This document shows positions 22,605 through 32,525 of a DNA stretch of 64,000 nt, in pieces. Position 1 is the first letter of the stretch. Every line of letters starts with the position of its first letter. This DNA is from Nostoc sp. DedSLP01 (GTDB taxonomy: Bacteria; Cyanobacteriota; Cyanobacteriia; Cyanobacteriales; Nostocaceae). The notes below the pieces were generated by a model. It saw nothing but the letters and a program-made list of their open reading frames with translations. It was not told the origin of the DNA and did not search any database. A program made the position numbers and the translations under genes. The stretch spans positions 256,001 to 320,000 of the forward strand of contig JAVRCJ020000004.1 in the NCBI GenBank assembly GCA_034530875.2. The letters run 5' to 3'.

Positions 22605-22954
22605 AATCTATATCCAATTGTAGGATGCGGCTTGGTCTTGTATAAGACAAGAGCTTAAGTCTGAAAGTAACAAGAGTTTATCTCAACTACTTTGTGTTCA
22701 AAACCAAGCAGCTTTGTGAATCAATTCTTAGATTTTAAATTGCTAATAATTCAGAATCCAGAAGTTAAAATTAATAAAATTTCAAGACTCAAGCTGAATA
22801 ATATGAATAAAAGTAAGAAGCGAGAGTTCCTTTATTATTTTTAATAAATTATAGATTCTCACTTACGAATAGTTACGTTATCTTTACTTAACGATGTTAT
22901 TAAACACCGCAGATATGTTTCAATTAACTGAGCAATAAGCTGCACATACCAAAC

Positions 22955-23081
22955 CTGACTTTTCACAGGAAGTCCTCAAACCCTCGTTAAGGCTGGGGGT
23001 AGGGTGTAGAGAAAACAAGAAAGCCTGACTACACCCTATACCCCACACCCTCTGACTTTTCCACATACCGTGAAAAGTCAG
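22955..23081. mobile_element. 127-bp MITE with perfect 9-bp target-site duplication
   Basis: Perfect 12-bp TIR CTGACTTTTCAC/GTGAAAAGTCAG, flanked by ATACCAAAC at 22946-22954 and 23082-23090. Confidence 0.9.
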
Positions 23082-23294
23082 ATACCAAACCTATCATCCG
23101 GGATTACGAGTAAATGGGGTTAAATAGGCTAAGCTGCTGAGTACGGCGATCGCTCGACTCCGAACAGCTAAGTAGCATTTTTAATAATTATCCTGAGGAA
23201 AATACTGTCGGCAAGGCATTACTTCATAATTGCAAACTAGATAAAGTTGGAGTGTAGCAAATCAATATAATCAATTGGAATTTGAAGATTATAT

Positions 23295-24461
23295 ATGAAT
23301 TATTTTGGCAAAATTCCCTTAGCTTGGTTGCAACTGACTCGCTATAAGCTGCGGCTTTTGGTAGCGATTATCGGAATTGCATTTGCAGCAATTTTGATAT
23401 TTATGCAATTGGCTTTTTTAGATTGCCTCTACGAGAGTCAAACAGCCCTACACAGTCGGCTAGTGGCTGATTTGATTTTAATTAACCCTGAAATGAAAAC
23501 TTTAGCTAACACCGCAGATTTTTCTCGGCAATATTTATATCGCACGCTCAATTTTAGCGAAGTTGACTCTGTTAACTACGTGTATTACGGAAAAAATTCT
23601 TTTCAATATGGCAATCTCAGGGGCAGCAAAGGAATTATTATCTTAGGCATTAACCCAGATAATTGCCCCTTTAAAATTGCCAATTTCGATCGAGTTGCTC
23701 ATTTGTTGAGGGCTAGGGGTGTGATTTTATTCGATCGCAACTCTGATTTCAAAGAATATGGTAACATTGTCAACGATTTGGCAACCGCAAAATCAATTAC
23801 AGCAGAAATAGCGAATCGGCAAGTTTGGATTAGTGGTTTAGTAGATTTTGCTGGTGCTTCCTTTGCCGATGATGGTAATATAATTACCAGCACTACAACG
23901 TTTAATTATTTGTTACCCGGACGTTCGGCAAATAATATTACAATCGGGTTGGTAAAGCTTAAAACTGGTGTTAATCGAAAAGCGATCGCCAAACAAATCA
24001 GCACTCAACTTCCTGCTAGTGTTAGGGTAATGACACAGCAAGAATTTATTGATTATGAAAAGCATTATTGGGCTACCAGCGCTCCCATTGGATTTGTATT
24101 TAGTACTGGAGTCGCCGTTGGATTTCTGGTAGGAGTAATAATTGTTTATCAAATTCTATATGGAGAAGTCTCAGATCATTTACCAGATTACGCCGTTCTT
24201 AAAGCCAGAGGCTATAAACATCGTTATTTTTTAAATGTTTTATTTCAGGAAGCACTCATCTTAGCAGTATTAGGTTATATTCCTGGATTGATAGTTTCTC
24301 TGGGATTCTATGAAATCGTCAAAGAGGCTACTGCTTTACCGATGCACATGACATTTCCTAGAGCATCATTAGTACTTTTACTAACAATTTTTATGTGCTT
24401 TATATCCGGGAGTATTACGATGAATAAATTAAAAGATGCCAATCCAGCAGATTTGTTTTGA
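23295..24461 (+). CDS. DevC-family ABC exporter permease
   Basis: IPLAWLQL, GIAFAAILIFMQL, VIIVYQILY...HLPDYAVLKARGY and PADLF motifs. Confidence 0.92.
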   Translation: MNYFGKIPLAWLQLTRYKLRLLVAIIGIAFAAILIFMQLAFLDCLYESQTALHSRLVADLILINPEMKTLANTADFSRQYLYRTLNFSEVDSVNYVYYGKNSFQYGNLRGSKGIIILGINPDNCPFKIANFDRVAHLLRARGVILFDRNSDFKEYGNIVNDLATAKSITAEIANRQVWISGLVDFAGASFADDGNIITSTTTFNYLLPGRSANNITIGLVKLKTGVNRKAIAKQISTQLPASVRVMTQQEFIDYEKHYWATSAPIGFVFSTGVAVGFLVGVIIVYQILYGEVSDHLPDYAVLKARGYKHRYFLNVLFQEALILAVLGYIPGLIVSLGFYEIVKEATALPMHMTFPRASLVLLLTIFMCFISGSITMNKLKDANPADLF

Positions 24462-24511
24462 AATTGGGCATAGGGCATTATGAAGAATTAATAACTAATG
24501 ACTAATAACTA

Positions 24512-25975
24512 ATGAATAATGACCAAACAATTATTTCTATTGAAAATCTCAATTACTTTTTTGGAGAGGGCGAACTCCAAAAACAAGTTTTATCTGATAT
24601 TAATCTAGAAGTTAAAGCTAAAGAATTTGTAATTTTAACTGGCCCTTCCGGTTCGGGAAAAAGTACATTACTCAGTTTAATTGGTTGCCTGCGTTCTGCT
24701 CAAAAAGGAAGTCTCAAGATTTTGGGACAGGAACTAAATGGTGCTACCAGAGAGCAATTAGTCCGAATGCGGCGGAATTTTGGTTATATTACCCAATCAA
24801 GTAATTTGTTGGATTTTTTAACAGTTCAGCAGAATATTCAGATGTCATTGGAATTGCAACCAGATTTCTCACCTAAAGAAGCCCGTGTCAAAACAGTAGC
24901 AATACTAGAGGCTGTTGGATTAGCCCAGAAACTTGATGCTTATCCAGCAAATCTTTCTGGGGGACAGAAGCAACGAGTCGCCATAGCCAGTGCTTTGGTA
25001 ACTCAACCCAAGTTGGTACTCGCTGATGAACCTACAGCATCTTTAGATAAGACATCAGGACGTAATGTAGTATCATTAATGCATCGTTTAGCCAAAGAAC
25101 ACAACAGTGCTGTTCTCATGGTTACTCATGATAATCGCATACTCGATTTGGCAGATCGGATTGTTAACGTTGAAGATGGCAAGTTGGGTTTAGCTTTAAA
25201 TCAAGAACTTTCGCTGGTGTTACCTGGTTTTGATGAAGGCTTGCTACAAAAAGCAGGCACTAAACCAACAGTTTTGACTTATCAATCAGAAGAAATAATT
25301 GTTCGCCAAGGTGACCCAGCCACTAAATTCTATATTCTTTTAGAAGGAGAAGTAGATATTTTCCAAGAATCGCCTCACGAACCGCCTCGTTTGATAAATC
25401 ATCTCAGTCGTGGGAGTTATTTTGGCGAAGTGGGTTTGCTTCTAGACGGTAAACGTTCAGCAACAGTAAGCGTTGCTAAAGATTCAGAAGTCAAAGTCAT
25501 GGTAATTGAGGAAGAACTTTTCCGGCTTTTCCTTGGTAACTCTGAATTAACCAAAGCTGATATTGCGCGTCGCTTGCATCACCGTGTGATGACAAGTCAT
25601 CTCTCAAACGCACTACCCAATGTCGAACCATCGGAGATTGTAGCAGTTGCATCCCAAGCAAAGGCAATTAGATATGGAGCCAATTCTATTATTGTTAAAG
25701 AAGGTCAAGTAGCTGAAAAATTCTATCTCATATTACAAGGAGAAGTTGAAGTATTAGCGAGTGAACTGACATCATCTATCCTCAAAACAGGGGATTATTT
25801 TGGTAATCCACAGTTGGTCAATGGTGAAAGTTATCCCTTTACAATTCGAGCCGGAAATACTGAGGTAGAATTGATGATAATCGAACGAGAAAGTTTCTGT
25901 AATTTGATTTTTAAATCAAATACAAATCAAGAAACTGTTGCTTCCGTACTTCGTCAACGATTGATGAATTTTTGA
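24512..25975 (+). CDS. DevA-family ABC ATPase fused to two cyclic-nucleotide-binding domains
   Basis: GPSGSGKS, LSGGQKQR, LADEPT and VTHD motifs, then QGD...FYILLEGEV...FGEVGLL...RSATV and a second, degenerate cNMP domain. Confidence 0.9.
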   Translation: MNNDQTIISIENLNYFFGEGELQKQVLSDINLEVKAKEFVILTGPSGSGKSTLLSLIGCLRSAQKGSLKILGQELNGATREQLVRMRRNFGYITQSSNLLDFLTVQQNIQMSLELQPDFSPKEARVKTVAILEAVGLAQKLDAYPANLSGGQKQRVAIASALVTQPKLVLADEPTASLDKTSGRNVVSLMHRLAKEHNSAVLMVTHDNRILDLADRIVNVEDGKLGLALNQELSLVLPGFDEGLLQKAGTKPTVLTYQSEEIIVRQGDPATKFYILLEGEVDIFQESPHEPPRLINHLSRGSYFGEVGLLLDGKRSATVSVAKDSEVKVMVIEEELFRLFLGNSELTKADIARRLHHRVMTSHLSNALPNVEPSEIVAVASQAKAIRYGANSIIVKEGQVAEKFYLILQGEVEVLASELTSSILKTGDYFGNPQLVNGESYPFTIRAGNTEVELMIIERESFCNLIFKSNTNQETVASVLRQRLMNF

Positions 25976-25981
25976 GTTTTA

Positions 25982-26758
25982 TTAATTAGAATCTTGAATA
26001 AAAAATCCTGTGGTAGTGAAAAGCATTAGCAAACCCAAAAACAAAGAAACTAAAAACGATAACAGTGTATTTTCTAATTTTCTAAAACAAGCTACAACTA
26101 TAAAGATAAACAAGAAACCATTAAAAAACAGAATTCTTAGCCTATGCCATTTTAGTACCCTTCCTTTTAGGGCTATTAAATTCTCTGATATAATAGCCCA
26201 ATCATCAACTATAAAAAATAGTCCCCATGAGGTTACTTTTAGTTCTAGTAGAGATTTAGATAAAAAAACAAAAATCCAAAGTAATAAAATAATAAAAACA
26301 TAAATCGCATTCTGGCATAATATAAGCAGAGTAATACTCGTATCATCCATTAGGGATTTTATATTTTGCAAATCAGGGTAATTATCAGTTAATTTTTTAT
26401 GAATATCTAAAAATTTATCTTCTGTAAGATTATAAAGACTTCTAAAAAAATTGAAAGATAATAATATGCTTGTAAGCCTTAAACCTAAAGTTCCTTGCGA
26501 TATTTCTTTTGTGTAAAACTCTAAAGTAAAAAATTTTTGTAATAGTAAGTTACATACAAGATATACCAATAAAAAACACGAAAAACACATTCATATACTA
26601 ATAGTTGGTAAAGCAATAGCTCCTGCCACAAAAGTCTCTGAATCTTTAAAAAAATTTGAACGATATCTAATCAGCATTACCAAAAAAAAGATTATACCAC
26701 CTACGAAACTTATCTTTTTACAAATCTCAAGTCCTAGTAAGTAACTATTTTCTGCCAT
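25982..26758 (-). pseudogene. AT-rich multi-pass membrane protein gene interrupted by an in-frame TGA
   Basis: ATG at 26758 opens 55 codons (MAENSYLLGL...PTISI), then TGA (26593-26591), then the 202-aa ORF continues in the same frame. Confidence 0.65.
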
Positions 26759-27201
26759 AGCGCTTTAATTTAAATAATCAATTATTCTTCAGTACATATT
26801 TGCATAATCTTTCAATAACTAATCAGAAAATTTATTTAGAAATATAAAATATAACAAAAGTCTTTAGTTTATAAACTAAATTCATCATTTTTTCAATCTC
26901 AATGAAATTTTATTTTCTTTTAGAAAACTAAAAACTTTTGTGATAGTTTCTATTGCCACGGTTTCTACACTCACCGCTACCCACCCACTTTGCTCCACTT
27001 TATAAACCAATATTTGTGACTGAAATTTGCCTTAGTAAGAACTGAAAACTAGATTATTACGTTTATGCTTTATATTCTTAGCTCCAAGCAAACTACATCC
27101 GCTAGTCACACAGAATTTAATTTCTTTTTTTGGTGACTAATGCCAATATTGCTGTTTTGTTAACCACTTCTGACCGCTGAATTCTGACTCCTGAATTATT
27201 A

Positions 27202-28353
27202 TCAAATTTGAATCGATGCTCTTACCTGTAGCTTATTTAATTTTTTCACTCGATCGCTATCATTAGGCTCGAGACGAATTTTGATTTTTACTATTCTTAC
27301 ATCTGCTCTGGCAGAGGGGTCATCATTAATGATTCCTGGCTTTTCAATTTGCAATCCAATGCGATCGACAATTCCTTTAATTTCGCCAGTGAATCCGCCA
27401 TACTCGCTGACAATGGTTGCAGGTTGATTTACTTTAATGTACTTAATATCGCTTTCGTAAACTTCAGCCATTACATACATTTGTTGTGTTTGGCCAATAT
27501 CAACAATGCCATTACTGCCGACAACTTCACCAATTTTGGCGTTGACACTTAAAATTTGCCCTGCTACTGGTGCTTGGACGTATGTACTTTCCATATCAAC
27601 TTTTGCTTTTCGCAATTGAGACAAGGACTCATCAAACTCTGCTTTGGCTACGAGGATATCCGTTGGCTTCACATTTTTGAGGCTTTCCAGAGTTGCTTGA
27701 GACTCTTTGACGCGTTCTTTACCTGTACTAACTTGTTCGTTGAGGTTTGCTATTGCTTCGTGGAACTTTTGTTTCTCAATCTCTAATTGCAAACGTTTGG
27801 TTTCGGTATCAGCTTTAGAAACAGCGCCTTGTTGGGACAGAACTTTATATCGTTGATAATCATTTTCGGCTTTGCGTACTTCTATTAGCTGACGGGCAAT
27901 AACTGTTTTCTGAACCTTTATGCCTTCAAGTAATTGAGCTTTCATTTCTGCAACTTTTTGACGTTGGGCTTCAATTTGACCAACCTCTTCACCAGCCTGC
28001 ACCTGAACTAAACGCGATCGCGCTACAATCGCTTTTGCCTTAGCATTTTCTACAGCCGCTTGCTGCTGATTAAAGTTGTCCATAATCGCAATGATTTGGC
28101 CTGCTTTAACCACATCGCCTTCTTTGACGCGCAGTTGCGCCAAACGCTGGTTGGAGGACGGAGCAGACAAATGAATGATATCTCCTTGAGGTTCCAAGCG
28201 CCCCAAAGCTGTTATATGAGTTATGGCTTGTTGATTACTGGAGATTTCTTGTAGATTGCTTTCGTTGGTGCTGAAATATCTACGTGAATTCAGGGCTAAA
28301 ATAGTACAAACACCAACAACACCAGTGCATAAAATCAAACCGATCGCTTTCAT
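27202..28353 (-). CDS. DevB-family membrane fusion protein
   Basis: TALGRLEPQG, VKEGDVVKAGQ, coiled coil, APVAGQIL and AEVYESDI motifs. Confidence 0.92.
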   Translation of the reverse strand: MKAIGLILCTGVVGVCTILALNSRRYFSTNESNLQEISSNQQAITHITALGRLEPQGDIIHLSAPSSNQRLAQLRVKEGDVVKAGQIIAIMDNFNQQQAAVENAKAKAIVARSRLVQVQAGEEVGQIEAQRQKVAEMKAQLLEGIKVQKTVIARQLIEVRKAENDYQRYKVLSQQGAVSKADTETKRLQLEIEKQKFHEAIANLNEQVSTGKERVKESQATLESLKNVKPTDILVAKAEFDESLSQLRKAKVDMESTYVQAPVAGQILSVNAKIGEVVGSNGIVDIGQTQQMYVMAEVYESDIKYIKVNQPATIVSEYGGFTGEIKGIVDRIGLQIEKPGIINDDPSARADVRIVKIKIRLEPNDSDRVKKLNKLQVRASIQI

Positions 28354-28573
28354 TTTCAGTATATAATTTAGCTTTCGTAGATACTTATTTTGCCCATTAT
28401 CTTTACGAGTTAAATAATGTTCAGGGGAAAATCTCAGTTTTAGCGATCGCTACTGCAATTCAAAAAATATTGACAATACATCAAAAATTCAATATGGAGC
28501 AGCTAAATATCATAGTGGAACCATATTTTGCAAGGAAATTTTATAATTCTTAATTATTTTTAATTAGTTCTTT

Positions 28574-28675
28574 TTAAGTGTCTTAAGTGTCTGCTAATTA
28601 CTAGCTTAACTATCTTAAGTGTCTTAAATGTCTTAAGTGTCTGCTAACTACTAGCTTAACTGTCTTAAATGTCTA
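28574..28675. repeat. 50-bp tandem duplication built from TTAARTGTC 9-mers
   Basis: The unit tgtcttaagtgtctgctaaYtactagcttaactRtcttaaRtgtct starts at 28579 and again at 28629. Confidence 0.88.
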
Positions 28676-28965
28676 CTTTATTTTATCTTATTGGCTATTG
28701 CATTTTATTTATAAAACTGAGATTATTTTAAGGTTTCCCTCACGATTTTAATATTAACTAAAGTAAGCAATTTCATAAAAACAGATAGAAGATATTTTAT
28801 TTTTAGTAATTCATCATACATGAAAATTCAAAGTTATCAAATCAAAAAGATGGCGAATAATTTGATTCAATTTTGGGGAGGTGTCAGAGCGATCGCTGAG
28901 CCTTACTGGTATCCCCCAGAGTTATGGGGAAGTGCATTTTCTGCATACGTTTGAGAATCAGGGTG

Positions 28966-30684
28966 ATGCTTACTAAACAGCAAAGGAAACTAATTACTTA
29001 TAAAAAGATTAGGATTTATGAACGAACTTATAAACTACCTATTCTTAAAAGCAGCAGATTAAAAGTCGTTCAACAAAAAATTAAAGAGCGCCGAAGATTA
29101 ATTAAAGAAGGCATTTGCTATTATCAATTTTGGGGAATAATTAAATTTAAAAAAGTAATTAGTCAAGATAAAATCTTCCAAGAAAGTCAATTATTAATAA
29201 AAGATTATACTTATCTAATTGATTTTTTGGATAAGTATAAGGAGAGTTATCAAAAATTTTTACTAAAACTGACTGATGATTTAAAAAAGCTATTTATTCA
29301 AAAATACTTAGAAATAAAAAGCTTAGACCGTGAAAGACAAGTACTCGAAATTAAAAATTCTCAAAATCCTCAAATCCTCGACGAATTAAAACACGAAAAG
29401 CAAGAAAATTTTAAAGCGCTTTTATTGCTAAGTAATGCTTGCTTTTTGATGTTAGAAAAAATAAAATTACTTAGCGAGGGACTGAAAACATTAGCAGAAG
29501 ATACTAAAAATCAAAAACAAATTGTCCAGCAAGTAGCTAAAGATTTACAAGTTTATCAAGAAATTCATGAATATCAAATTAAAGCCCAAAAAGTTCGCCA
29601 AGAAATAGTAGAAATTGCCGAAACTGCAATTAATTTTGAAAATTATTTACAAGATTATTTTAATCCCTTTCAATCATTAATAGATGAAGTAGTAAAAGTA
29701 GATGAGGACTTTTACTCAACTGTTGGAGATATTAAAAATTTAGTAGATAATATTTTAAAATCTGAGTCTAATGTCTTAATCCCTAAAGAAACTGATGGCA
29801 TTTCTGAAACTTTTTTAGATTTCATGGTATCAAGCTATGAAAAAAAGGAAAGATTAAAAGATGCGTTTATTCAATGTAAGTTATTAGATTGGCAAAATAA
29901 TAATTTGGACTTAGATAATAGTCACTTTTCTTTAGGTAAGGAAATTGATTCAATATCTAATTATATCTCCAAGCAACTTTTCGAGCAAAGAAAAAATATA
30001 GACATACCTGAAACAAGTTTTGTTTCTATAACGCCTATTGCTGCCGTTGAAAAAACCGAATTAATCGCACCAACTAATCAAGATGCTACACTAATTCAAG
30101 AATCTGAAAACAATATTGATTATACCAAACTGCGCAATTTGCTCAGCCAATATCAGTGGAAAGAAGCTGACATTGAAACCACTAAATTAATACTAAAAAT
30201 CTTAGGTAAAAGTTATTGGGATGAAGTTTATCAACAAGATATAGAGAACTTTTCTTGTAAAGACCTCCAGATGATTAATCAACTCTGGCAAGAATACAGT
30301 CATGGTTATTTCGGCTTTAGCGTTCAGCAAAGTATTTGGAGCGAAATAGGGGGTCAAGTAGATTATGAAACAGAAAAAAGACTTGGCGATCGCCTTGGCT
30401 GGCGAAAAGAGGGAAAATGGTTAGACTACGAGCAACTCACTTTTGAATTATCTCCTACCACACCGATAGGACATCTACCAGTGCAATGGTTACACTACCA
30501 TCAAGACACATTTAATTTATATCCATCATCTACCGAACGCCTTTCAATGGCAGCATGGCGCGTTCAATCTTGGTTAATTTGGCAAATGCACTTATTCTTA
30601 TCTCGTGTCAAAATCTGTAACGAGACTTGCTTATGTGTTAAGAAGAAATCTATTTGGCATAAACAAAATTACAGTAATAAATAA
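28966..30684 (+). CDS. coiled-coil protein with C-terminal GUN4 domain
   Basis: IDYTKLRNLL...WKEADIET, INQLWQEYSHGYFGFSVQ, LGWRK and GHLP GUN4 motifs. An alternative start lies at 28924. Confidence 0.85.
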   Translation: MLTKQQRKLITYKKIRIYERTYKLPILKSSRLKVVQQKIKERRRLIKEGICYYQFWGIIKFKKVISQDKIFQESQLLIKDYTYLIDFLDKYKESYQKFLLKLTDDLKKLFIQKYLEIKSLDRERQVLEIKNSQNPQILDELKHEKQENFKALLLLSNACFLMLEKIKLLSEGLKTLAEDTKNQKQIVQQVAKDLQVYQEIHEYQIKAQKVRQEIVEIAETAINFENYLQDYFNPFQSLIDEVVKVDEDFYSTVGDIKNLVDNILKSESNVLIPKETDGISETFLDFMVSSYEKKERLKDAFIQCKLLDWQNNNLDLDNSHFSLGKEIDSISNYISKQLFEQRKNIDIPETSFVSITPIAAVEKTELIAPTNQDATLIQESENNIDYTKLRNLLSQYQWKEADIETTKLILKILGKSYWDEVYQQDIENFSCKDLQMINQLWQEYSHGYFGFSVQQSIWSEIGGQVDYETEKRLGDRLGWRKEGKWLDYEQLTFELSPTTPIGHLPVQWLHYHQDTFNLYPSSTERLSMAAWRVQSWLIWQMHLFLSRVKICNETCLCVKKKSIWHKQNYSNK

Positions 30685-30696
30685 TTAGAAAAAATT

Positions 30697-31149
30697 ATGA
30701 GTAATACTGAACTTTCTGACATAGATATAGAAATTTTATTTTATGGCAAATGGCGCTTGAATACGTCTTGGGAAAAAGTCACTATTACATTTAAAGATGA
30801 TATGACTTACGAGCAAAGCAAAGTTAAAACATTTTTTTTCCATAAACCTTTAGAACTGCTAACAGGTAACAAATTTACTGGTGTATGGTATGTAAATGAC
30901 AGAAGATTGTATTTAAATCTTAAAGCTATTCCTGATTCCTTTTTTAATTTACAGATACCGCTAGTATTTAAGATTTCTATCGGAGATGTAGTAGCTAGTT
31001 TAGGTTCTGTATTTATAACAGAAAAATATGAAGTCGTTGAAATTGATAGTTCTAAATTTACGCTCAAGAATCAAGAAGAATCAGTTTTTGGCACAAAAAT
31101 AAGAGGTTTTTATGCACCTAATATGCCAAACTATAGTATTCCTAAATGA
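30697..31149 (+). CDS. hypothetical protein, lipocalin-like
   Basis: LFYGKWRL...ITFKDDMTY...GVW pattern. It starts 12 bp after the GUN4 gene and its 3' end overlaps a MITE terminus. Confidence 0.6.
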   Translation: MSNTELSDIDIEILFYGKWRLNTSWEKVTITFKDDMTYEQSKVKTFFFHKPLELLTGNKFTGVWYVNDRRLYLNLKAIPDSFFNLQIPLVFKISIGDVVASLGSVFITEKYEVVEIDSSKFTLKNQEESVFGTKIRGFYAPNMPNYSIPK

Positions 31150-31322
31150 TTCGTGAAATTTCTGATTGAGGTAGGGAGTAGGGAATTCGGCTTTTCAATG
31201 TGTAGGTTGTTTTTTCACCAAATCAAGGCTTCTTTCCCATTTCCTACTCCCTGCCTATCGCGCTTGCGCTGCGCTTCGCGCACCACACAAATAATTTTCA
31301 GTAATCAAACCTGATTACTATA
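31132..31322. mobile_element. degenerate MITE of the TATAGCAATCCTA family
   Basis: Ends tatagtattcctaaatgattcgtgaaa / ttttcagtaatcaaacctgattactata resemble those of the 44555-44656 element. Confidence 0.55.
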
Positions 31323-31328
31323 TATTAG

Positions 31329-32000
31329 TTAAACACCAACAGGAGTAGGTGCAACAAACTTAGTATATCGCTCGATGTAAAATTCATCGGGACTAGCGAT
31401 CGCTTTTACAGAATCACGCTCTTTGAGAGCTTGCTCCCATTGTCTCAGACGCCTAAATTCAGTTGGTAGAGCAAAGCTACGATAATGTTTAAGCGCACCC
31501 CAGCGTTCAAACCACGGGAAAAACGTAAAATCAACCAAACTGACGGATTTACCAAACCAGTAAGGGCCTTCTCCAGATAGTTTTCCTAAACCTTCATTTT
31601 CAATAAATTCCAAATGTTTGTATATTTCCTGCTTCGCTTGTTCTTGTTTTTGAACATCAGAACTTCGTAGCAGGTCATAAAAAGCAGAAACAAATCTGGT
31701 ATTAGCAAAATCTATCCAAATACGAGCTTGCGCCTTAGCAATAAGATTGCTGGGTAACAGAGGTGGATTAGGAAACACCTCATCTAGATATTCGTTAATA
31801 ATTGCTGACTCCCAAACTCGCTCATTATTATGAACGAGCGCCGGAACTTTGCCATAAGGCGAAATATTCCTAAAGCCTTCTGGTGGATTATCTAAATCAA
31901 TCTCAATTAAATCGAAATCAATGCCTTTCTCTTGAAGTACCAAGCGGGTACGGTGAGCATAAGGGCAAACAACTGCACTGTATAGTTTGATTTCAGCCAT
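31329..32000 (-). CDS. glutathione S-transferase, omega-like
   Basis: CPYAHR, GKVPAL, WESAIINEYLDE and SLVD motifs. Confidence 0.92.
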   Translation of the reverse strand: MAEIKLYSAVVCPYAHRTRLVLQEKGIDFDLIEIDLDNPPEGFRNISPYGKVPALVHNNERVWESAIINEYLDEVFPNPPLLPSNLIAKAQARIWIDFANTRFVSAFYDLLRSSDVQKQEQAKQEIYKHLEFIENEGLGKLSGEGPYWFGKSVSLVDFTFFPWFERWGALKHYRSFALPTEFRRLRQWEQALKERDSVKAIASPDEFYIERYTKFVAPTPVGV

Positions 32001-32525
32001 TTTAAGTTCCTTTATCAATTAGGACTTATCGAGCATTATTAAGAATTGAATTTTTATCCAACGCCTCAAATTTTAGAGAGCAATCTCTATTAATAAACAA
32101 CCTCCAGCATAAGTTTATTCTAACTCTCCATCCTTAATAGTGCTGAGTTCGGAAACTCACTATTCTCAAAATCCTCCTTTTTAGGGAGGATAATGACGGA
32201 TCTACAATGATTTTGTTTTTGCACGCAAATGTGCGTACACGTAGCCTTTTTTTAGGAACAGTAAATTTTAAATTAGCTGTATTAATTTATGCTTTATTAT
32301 TCAGTTATTCTAACTATATAAACGATCGAAGTATTGCTGTAATCAGCATTGATATGCTAAGTAAAATAAAGTACATTGTAATGATAATAAATTTTATTTT
32401 TTATGAATTTTGTTACCAGCAAAAACTTTTTCAGTAAATTGCTATAAAATATACTAATAAGAAATACAGAGCAAAGCGGATTAATTCTCTGTCAGCAATA
32501 ATTTTTTCCTATAAAGGAGCGCATT

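Noticed and set aside
26885..27010. 41-codon minus-strand ORF (LVYKVEQSGWVAVSVET...) between devB and the membrane gene, considered as an exported precursor peptide
   Set aside because: It has only TTG or GTG starts, no clear RBS, no double-glycine leader and no modifying enzymes nearby.
28574..28675. Possible CRISPR mini-array
   Set aside because: The intervening sequences are duplicated rather than unique spacers, and no cas genes are present.
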